NCBI GenBank assembly: GCA_039801225.1
Contig: JBDRUH010000045.1
Span: 1 to 13,149, forward strand
From: a candidate division WOR-3 bacterium
GTDB taxonomy: Bacteria > Hydrothermota > Tepidihabitantia > Tepidihabitantales > Tepidihabitantaceae
DNA length: 13,149 nucleotides
Direction of reading: 5' to 3'
This document shows positions 1-7,821 of the stretch, piece after piece. Every line of letters begins with the position of its first letter. The stretch's first letter is position 1. A program made the position numbers and the translations under genes. The notes under the pieces were generated by a model. The model saw only the letters and a program-made list of their open reading frames with translations, ran no database searches and had not been told where the DNA came from.

Positions 1-1533
1 AACGGTGTATTCGGTTTTAAACGGCAGTTGGGCGAGATAGAGAAGGGTGCGATGTAAAAGTGGTGCGAATGGCGCCTTGTAAATCAAATCTGTTGCCTCG
101 GGAATGGGCGCAAATGTCCAGACTATCAGGTTTTGCTCGGGGTAAGCGATAATCAACGGGTCGCCATCACTGAGCCGGGCAAGTGCCCTTCCACCCTTCA
201 CCCGCGTGTGGCTGAAGAAGCGCGCGGTGGCAAAGTCGGCGGGGCGAAAGGTGCTGAATACCGGATGGGTGGTGTCAAAATCGGCGATGGTAAGAAAGCC
301 AGCAGGACGGGAAATGCCGAGGGTTGAAAATAACCGATTGAGAGGATGCCCTTCAGCAACCGGCGTTCCAGAGATTAAAAGGGCACATCCGCCCGAGTTG
401 AGATAAAACTGAAGGCGCTCAACATCAGCATCCTTGAGTTCTGCCGCATCGGTGATAATAATTAGCGGGTAGCGGGCAATATCGGTGCGTCGGAACTGTT
501 CAACTTTTATTTCGGTTAGGGCAAATGGCGCGGTGGTATCGGCCGAGAGGGCGAGGCTGATATAGCGACCGGGCACCGCTTCACTGGTTACAAGTAAAAC
601 TAATAATCGGTTCGGCAAAAAGAGGACGAAGTGATGCGTGTCGTCAATGGGAAGGAGGTCAGGAGATATTGTCACCGTGCCGGTCCAACAGCCCGGCTGT
701 TCAATTCGGGTGTTGAATGTAATGGTGGTGGTGCTTCTGGGCGGAAGGTTGACAATCTGTTCTTCCTGAATCGGACCCCCAGCCGACGGCTGTAAACCCT
801 CCACTGAAAGCCGGATAGTCCGGCTAATGGTAGTTTTACCGTAGTTACTCACCTCAGCCTTGATAACCCGGTCAATTAATTCCGCCCGAGTGACACCGCA
901 GTTTTCAAAATCACCTGTGCCAAAGTTGACAATCCTGAATAAAGTCGGGGGGCGGGAAATGCCGGTGTCGGGCAGGGCACGGCGCTGCAGGTCGGTGAGG
1001 AGCAAAATTGGCATCGGCGCAGCATGAATAAAGGAAAAAGCCCGGTTGAGTGCCGGGGAAAGGGTACTGGCGGTGGCTGAGGGTTTGATGGTGTCAATGA
1101 GCGCCAATAACGCCCTCCGACCGGTGAGGATGGTATCGGGCTGGCTGGTAAGGAGGAGGCGGGGACGGGCGCTAGTGCGAATAAGCCGCTCGGTGAGGTG
1201 CCGAGCATTTTGCCACCGGTCACCATAACCCATACTGTAAGAGTCGTCCAGGATTATCAGCAAGTCGCCCGTCTTTATTACGGGCAGAGCCGGGGCGAGG
1301 AGATAGGGGCGGCTGAGTCCAAGAACAAAGAGAAGTAGTAAAAGGGTGCGCAGGATGAGGAGTAAAATTTCTTTGAGCCGGAGCCAGGAGAAGGTGGCGC
1401 GTTCAACATTCTGAAATAGAATGATGGAAGGGAAGGGAATTTGCCGCAATCGCACCCGACTGAGGAGGTGAATGAGAAGCGGAATCAGGGTAAGGGGTAA
1501 AAGGAGGAAAAATCCCGGGGCAAGAAATCGCAT
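1..1533 (-). CDS. BatA (N-terminal double-transmembrane) + vWA domain protein, partial (3' end beyond window, >=511 codons)
   Basis: Hand translation from ATG at 1533 is stop-free to base 1. It begins MRFLAPGFFLLLPLTLIPLLIHLLSRVRLRQIPFPS...LLLILRTLLLLLFVLGLSRPY (BatA-type N-terminus), then LIILDDSYSM (vWA MIDAS DxSxS, ~1231-1248) and LLLTDLQ, then an Ig-like segment and a RYPLIIITDA...YLNSGG segment. The ATG overlaps the DUF58 stop (TGATG). Absent from the ORF track because it has no stop in the window. Confidence 0.88.
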   Translation of the reverse strand, partial: MRFLAPGFFLLLPLTLIPLLIHLLSRVRLRQIPFPSIILFQNVERATFSWLRLKEILLLILRTLLLLLFVLGLSRPYLLAPALPVIKTGDLLIILDDSYSMGYGDRWQNARHLTERLIRTSARPRLLLTSQPDTILTGRRALLALIDTIKPSATASTLSPALNRAFSFIHAAPMPILLLTDLQRRALPDTGISRPPTLFRIVNFGTGDFENCGVTRAELIDRVIKAEVSNYGKTTISRTIRLSVEGLQPSAGGPIQEEQIVNLPPRSTTTITFNTRIEQPGCWTGTVTISPDLLPIDDTHHFVLFLPNRLLVLLVTSEAVPGRYISLALSADTTAPFALTEIKVEQFRRTDIARYPLIIITDAAELKDADVERLQFYLNSGGCALLISGTPVAEGHPLNRLFSTLGISRPAGFLTIADFDTTHPVFSTFRPADFATARFFSHTRVKGGRALARLSDGDPLIIAYPEQNLIVWTFAPIPEATDLIYKAPFAPLLHRTLLYLAQLPFKTEYTV

Positions 1534-2438
1534 CAGGGCAGACGACGCCGGCGCTCAAGATAGGCAAGAAGCGCCTGGTCAAAAGGCGTTGCGGTGGTTA
1601 TCGGGTAGTAGTCAACTCTCCCTTCAGCACAGCCGCGCCGAAACTCAATCTCGCGCCGGGCAAAACTTTGCTGGTATTCTCCTTTGATGATGCGGGGGTC
1701 AATCGTTATCTCCTTACCGCTCTCTAAGTCGCGGAGGCGGACCGGCGTGGAAAAGTCAAGTTCCTTTTCGTCCGGATGGAAGATGTGAAATAGAAGAAGT
1801 TCATGCTTGCGGGCTCGGAAATGGCGCAGGCTGGAAAGGACCGCCGTTGATTCGTCCCAGAGGTCAGAGATGATAATTATCAGTCCCCGGCGCCGGAGAA
1901 GTTCGGCAAGTTGGTGCAGGGTTTGGGCGATGTTGGTGTCGCCCCCGGGCGTTAGGTTTTCCAATTCCCGCCAGATGACCCGGAGGTGGGCGGTGGTAGC
2001 CCGGGGCGGGATGTAACGCTCAATTTTATCGGAGAATGTTACCAGACCGGTGGCATCCCGCTGCCGGGTTAAAAGGTAGGCAAGGCTGGCACAGAGCCAG
2101 CGGGCATAGTCAAGTTTGGTAATCTTGCCGCCATAAGCCATTGAACCGGAGGTGTCTAAGACCAGATAGGCACGGAGGTTGGTCTCCTCTTGATACTCCC
2201 GAACAAAGAATCGGTCAGTTCTACCGTATACCCGCCAATCAATCCGCTTGAGTTCGTCACCAGGGATATACTGCCGGTACTCGGCAAACTCCACCGAAAA
2301 ACCTTTATACGGTGAGCGGTGCAGACCAGCGAGAAAGCCTTCCACCACCAGCCGCGCCTTTAAGTCAATCCCTTTGAGTTTGGCGATGAGTTCGGGCGCG
2401 ACCCGAAGCGGGTGCTGGTTAGAAATGGCAATCGGCAT
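1533..2438 (-). CDS. DUF58 domain (vWA-like) protein of the MoxR-associated family
   Basis: 301-aa ORF with DUF58 motifs GLHRSPYKGFSVEFAEYRQYIPGDELKRIDW and VREYQEE, followed by LVLDTSGSM and IIISD. Confidence 0.93.
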   Translation of the reverse strand: MPIAISNQHPLRVAPELIAKLKGIDLKARLVVEGFLAGLHRSPYKGFSVEFAEYRQYIPGDELKRIDWRVYGRTDRFFVREYQEETNLRAYLVLDTSGSMAYGGKITKLDYARWLCASLAYLLTRQRDATGLVTFSDKIERYIPPRATTAHLRVIWRELENLTPGGDTNIAQTLHQLAELLRRRGLIIIISDLWDESTAVLSSLRHFRARKHELLLFHIFHPDEKELDFSTPVRLRDLESGKEITIDPRIIKGEYQQSFARREIEFRRGCAEGRVDYYPITTATPFDQALLAYLERRRRLP

Positions 2439-2443
2439 AAATC

Positions 2444-2473
2444 AGTTTAGCGTTAATATACTCGGGCTGTCAA
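2444..2473 (-). promoter_or_regulatory. Putative sigma70-type promoter for DUF58-BatA (likely leaderless)
   Basis: Minus strand: TTGACA (2473-2468), 18 nt, TAAACT (2449-2444), 5 nt, ATG (2438). No Shine-Dalgarno. Confidence 0.55.
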
Positions 2474-2495
2474 GATTAATAAATACTCCCCGACT

Positions 2496-2573
2496 GCAAA
2501 CCTAAAAACTTGCCCCGAGCCACAGAAGGAAATTGCTTCGCTAACGCTCGCAATGACGGGGCGAGGGGTTTGC
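2496..2573. repeat. Nested inverted-repeat / palindromic intergenic element
   Basis: GCAAACC (2496-2502)/GGTTTGC (2567-2573); TTGCCCCG (2510-2517)/CGGGGCGA (2557-2564, one G-T); ATTGC (2532-2536)/GCAAT (2550-2554). Core ATTGCTTCGCTAACGCTCGCAATGAC. Confidence 0.5.
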
Positions 2574-2597
2574 CCTGCATCAAAATAAAATTATAAT
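2570..2597 (+). promoter_or_regulatory. Putative sigma70-type promoter for DUF721 gene
   Basis: TTGCCC (2570-2575), 16 nt, TATAAT (2592-2597), 9 nt, ATG (2607). No SD. Confidence 0.55.
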
Positions 2598-2606
2598 AAA
2601 GTAATT

Positions 2607-2930
2607 ATGCGACGCCGGAAGAAAAAAGGCTTTCAGAGTTTGAACAATGCCTTACCAGCGGTTTTGGCACGAATCGGTTTAAAGGGTAAGGTTCAGGTCT
2701 ATCGGGCAGTGGTCGAGTGGCGGGCAATCGCCGGCGAGGCGGTTGCTCGACATGCCAGCGCAATTAAGGTGGAGGAGAAGACACTAATAGTGGCGGTTGA
2801 TTCCCCCGCCTGGATGACCCAGCTCTTATTTCTCAAAGAACAAATCTTAAAAAAAATTGCCGCTCAGATTGGTCCCGGGTTGATTGAAGATGTCCGATTT
2901 GTCCTGAAACGGGAGAGTCTTCCCACTTGA
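2607..2930 (+). CDS. dciA: DUF721 family protein (DciA-like replicative helicase loader)
   Basis: 107 aa with the DUF721 pattern W..IAGEAVARHA......LIVAVDSPAWMTQL.FLKEQILKKI......IEDVRF. Lies directly upstream of gyrB, a common position for this family. Confidence 0.88.
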   Translation: MRRRKKKGFQSLNNALPAVLARIGLKGKVQVYRAVVEWRAIAGEAVARHASAIKVEEKTLIVAVDSPAWMTQLLFLKEQILKKIAAQIGPGLIEDVRFVLKRESLPT

Positions 2931-2954
2931 CTTTTTTAAAACAATTGCTAAGAT
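2927..2954 (+). promoter_or_regulatory. Putative gyrB promoter (extended -10, leaderless)
   Basis: TTGACT (2927-2932, overlapping the DUF721 stop), 16 nt ending in TGC, TAAGAT (2949-2954), 7 nt, ATG (2962). No SD. Confidence 0.6.
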
Positions 2955-2961
2955 ATAATAG

Positions 2962-4854
<1,893 letters not shown>

Positions 4855-4869
4855 AAACTGCTTCCTTTC

Positions 4870-6108
4870 TTACATTCCGTAACCACCGCTGGAACCGAAG
4901 TTGGAAAGAATCGCCATATAGGGCATAATTACCGCCACCAACAAGAATACCGCGGCAACACCCATAAAGAGAATCAATATCGGTTCAATCATCCCGGTGA
5001 GGTTTTTGACCGCATACTCCACTTCGCTGTCGTAGAAGTCGGAGATCTGTTTTAACATATCGTCTAATGCCCCGGACTCTTCACCAGTTGCCACCATCTG
5101 CACTACCATCGGCGGAAAAACACCCAGTTCCCGCATCGGTGCAGCAAGCCCTCGCCCCCGGCGAACGCTCTCTGCTAACTGGTCAACCGCCTGGGCAATA
5201 TAGACATTACCTACCGTTTTGGACACCAGGTTCAGACTGCGGAGAATGGGCAGTCCGGTGCGGTCAAGAGTCTCAAACATTCGGGCAAAGCGCGAGAGCG
5301 CCATCTTATACACAATAACCCCAAAAACCGGCAGACGCAGTTTCAGCCGGTCCCACCACATCCTTCCGACACTGGTCCGGATAAAAATATAGAAAATCAC
5401 CGCCACCGCGGCAATAAGCAGAACCATCATATACCAGTATTTCCCGACAAAGTCGGTCACGATGATAAGAATCTTGGTGGGTAAAGGCATCTTGCCTCCG
5501 ACCGTGGTGAGTAGCTGAGCGAACTTGGGCAGAACAAATATCGCCAGAACTGCCACCGCCACAACAAATGTCACCATCAGGATTATCGGATAACGGAGGG
5601 CGCTGCCCACATCAGACTTCAGTTTCCGCTCGTGTTCCAAAAGCATAACCAAACGGTCCAGGATGTCGTCCAATACACCGCCCGTTTCACCCGCCCAGAT
5701 GGAGTTGACATACAGTTCGTTAAAGATTTGGGGATGTTTTGCCATTGCCGCTGATAAAGATGCACCACCCATCAAATCCCTGCGGATGGCGTCCAGCGCC
5801 CTGGCCAAAGGTCGGGATTTGGTTTGCGCCTGAAGGGCGCCAATTGCTGTAAGCATTGGTAAGCCGGCGCGATGGAGGGTTACAAACTGCCGAGTAAAAT
5901 TGATTAAATCTGCCGGCTTCACCCGCTCAAAGAACCGTCCGAACTCCAACTGGGGTCCTTTAACTGCGCCCTTTTCCTCTTTGATGCTTATCGGGATATA
6001 ACTCCCGGCATCAAGTTTCTCAATAACACTTTGGAGGTCCGCACCTTCCACTGTTCCGGATATAATTTTACCCTCTCTATCGCGGACCCGATAACGATAC
6101 ACAGGCAT
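4870..6108 (-). CDS. pilC: Type IV pilus / T2SS inner-membrane platform protein (PilC/GspF family)
   Basis: 412 aa with two T2SSF repeats (FTRQFVTL..AGLP, GETGGVLD, ALRYP; MVATGEESGALDDML, IEPILI) and three hydrophobic segments. SD-like AGGGGGAG at 6118-6111. PilC versus GspF is not resolvable from sequence alone. Confidence 0.92.
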   Translation of the reverse strand: MPVYRYRVRDREGKIISGTVEGADLQSVIEKLDAGSYIPISIKEEKGAVKGPQLEFGRFFERVKPADLINFTRQFVTLHRAGLPMLTAIGALQAQTKSRPLARALDAIRRDLMGGASLSAAMAKHPQIFNELYVNSIWAGETGGVLDDILDRLVMLLEHERKLKSDVGSALRYPIILMVTFVVAVAVLAIFVLPKFAQLLTTVGGKMPLPTKILIIVTDFVGKYWYMMVLLIAAVAVIFYIFIRTSVGRMWWDRLKLRLPVFGVIVYKMALSRFARMFETLDRTGLPILRSLNLVSKTVGNVYIAQAVDQLAESVRRGRGLAAPMRELGVFPPMVVQMVATGEESGALDDMLKQISDFYDSEVEYAVKNLTGMIEPILILFMGVAAVFLLVAVIMPYMAILSNFGSSGGYGM

Positions 6109-6122
6109 TGCTCCCCCTTTCT

Positions 6123-6142
6123 CCGCCCGGTTCGGCGGTTTT
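6123..6142 (+). terminator. Short GC hairpin with T-tract between pilB and pilC (terminator-like on + strand)
   Basis: CCGCC-CGGTTC-GGCGG followed by TTTT. The stem is only 5 bp. Confidence 0.3.
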
Positions 6143-6143
6143 G

Positions 6144-7736
6144 TTAATCAACTTTTTCGGTTTCTTCCATAACCTCTTCAACGGTAGTAATGCCACTCGC
6201 CACTTTCCGCATTCCGTCTTCCCAAAGAGTTTTCATTCCGAACTCGCGTGCCAGCGCGCGAATCGCTGAGGTGGGCGGTCGGGTCACAATCAATTCGCGC
6301 AATCGGTCATTTATTTTCATAACCTCAAAAATTCCGATTCTCCCCCGGAAGCCGGTGTTACGACACTGGTCACACCCTTCCCCTTTATAAAATTTGGTGC
6401 CCGGCGGGAACCCCAACTCCTCCAGCAACTTTGCCGGTGGGTCGTAATCCACTTTGCACTTCGGGCAGATGCGCCGCACCAAACGCTGGGCAACAACCCC
6501 TTCCAGACCGGAGGCAACTAAGAACGGCTCAATTCCCATATCAATCAGACGGGTTACCGTGCCCGGCGCCTCATTGGTGTGGATTGTCGAGAAAACCAAC
6601 TGCCCGGTGAGTGCGGCACGAATCGCCACCTCAGCGGTCTCAGCATCACGAATCTCACCAATCATAATCACATCCGGGTCCTGACGAAGAATGTGTCGCA
6701 TCCCTACCAAGTAGGTGTAGCCGGCACGCTCGTTCACCTGAGACTGACAGATGTCGTCAATGTCATACTCCACCGGGTCTTCAATCGTAATGATGTTCTT
6801 TTCTCCAGAGCGAATTTCCTGAAGAATCGCATAAAGAGTGGTTGATTTTCCGGAACCGGTTGGACCGGTAATTAAAATCACGCCATGAGGTTTGGCAATC
6901 ATCTCCCGGAGCGTCTCATACGCCTCGTCTACCAACCCCAACTCATCCAGAGACAAAAGCCGCATCCGGTCAAGGATACGCATCACCACCTTCTCACCGT
7001 AGGTGGTAGGAAAGGTAGAAACACGGAAGTCAATCTCCCGCCCGTCCACTATTGCCCCGTATCTGCCGTCCTGAGGCACCCTCTTCTCGGCGATGTTCAT
7101 ACGGGACATAATCTTAATTCTTGATACCACCGCCACTTGCAAAGCCTTCTTTGGCGAAACAATGGGATGAAGAACACCATCAATCCGGAACCGAACCCGT
7201 AGCCCCTCACGGGTTGGCTCAATGTGAATATCGCTCGCCCGCTCCCGGACCGCCCGGATAATCAGGTGATTCACCCAGCGCACCACCGGTGCCTCTGACG
7301 CCATCTCCTCCAATTTGCTGGGCGCCAAACCCTCTTCTGGGGCCGCGGCGGCCGCCGCCTCTTCCTCCGCAGCAATCTCCTCCAGACTGGTCATTTCGGG
7401 CTCGTCGGGAAGTCCGGCGGGAGTGGTTTTAGCGTAATACTGATTCAATGCCTGATACAAATCCAGTTCCCGGCAAACCATCGGCTCAACATCCATCCCG
7501 GTAGCGCGGCGCACCTCATCAATCGTCCAGATGTCCCTTGGGTTTACCATCGCCACTGCCAATGTATTTCCGGAGTGAAAAAGCGGCAGTATCTTATGAG
7601 TTCGGAGAAAATCCTCAGTGAACAACTGGAGAACCTCCGAATCAACCCGGAAGTCGTTCAAATCAACAAACGGTACCCCGAACTTCTCTTCGAGTACCGC
7701 ACCACTTTCCTCTATCGGTGTCTGTTCATCGGCCAT
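6144..7736 (-). CDS. pilB: PilB/GspE (PulE) family assembly ATPase
   Basis: ASDIHIEP, RFRIDG, AEKRVPQDG, Walker A GPTGSGKST, Asp box TIEDPVE, Walker B LRQDPDVIMIGEIRD, STIHTN, zinc motif CPKC...CDQC. SD AAGGAGG at 7747-7741. Confidence 0.95.
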   Translation of the reverse strand: MADEQTPIEESGAVLEEKFGVPFVDLNDFRVDSEVLQLFTEDFLRTHKILPLFHSGNTLAVAMVNPRDIWTIDEVRRATGMDVEPMVCRELDLYQALNQYYAKTTPAGLPDEPEMTSLEEIAAEEEAAAAAAPEEGLAPSKLEEMASEAPVVRWVNHLIIRAVRERASDIHIEPTREGLRVRFRIDGVLHPIVSPKKALQVAVVSRIKIMSRMNIAEKRVPQDGRYGAIVDGREIDFRVSTFPTTYGEKVVMRILDRMRLLSLDELGLVDEAYETLREMIAKPHGVILITGPTGSGKSTTLYAILQEIRSGEKNIITIEDPVEYDIDDICQSQVNERAGYTYLVGMRHILRQDPDVIMIGEIRDAETAEVAIRAALTGQLVFSTIHTNEAPGTVTRLIDMGIEPFLVASGLEGVVAQRLVRRICPKCKVDYDPPAKLLEELGFPPGTKFYKGEGCDQCRNTGFRGRIGIFEVMKINDRLRELIVTRPPTSAIRALAREFGMKTLWEDGMRKVASGITTVEEVMEETEKVD

Positions 7737-7774
7737 TTTGCCTCCTTATTAGACAACAACCATTGCACTTTTAA

Positions 7775-7802
7775 ATTATATACAAAATTTTCCCCGTGTC
7801 AA
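7775..7802 (-). promoter_or_regulatory. Consensus sigma70-type promoter for pilB-pilC
   Basis: Minus strand: TTGACA (7802-7797), 16 nt, TATAAT (7780-7775), with an A-rich UP-like tract immediately upstream (7803-7823). Confidence 0.7.
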
Positions 7803-7821
7803 ATTTTTATTTTATTGAATT

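Noticed and set aside
133..1687. Short ORFs 133..327, 206..406, 876..1226, 1046..1228, 1472..1687
   Set aside because: Shadow or alternative frames of the BatA/vWA and DUF58 genes; no recognisable motifs.
2439..2961. Replication origin next to dciA-gyrB
   Set aside because: No TTATCCACA-like box cluster seen and the intergenic gaps are short.
7340..7372. GC-rich run GGGGCCGCGGCGGCCGCCGCCTCTTCCTCCGC as a DNA element
   Set aside because: Explained by poly-Ala/Glu codons of the PilB linker.
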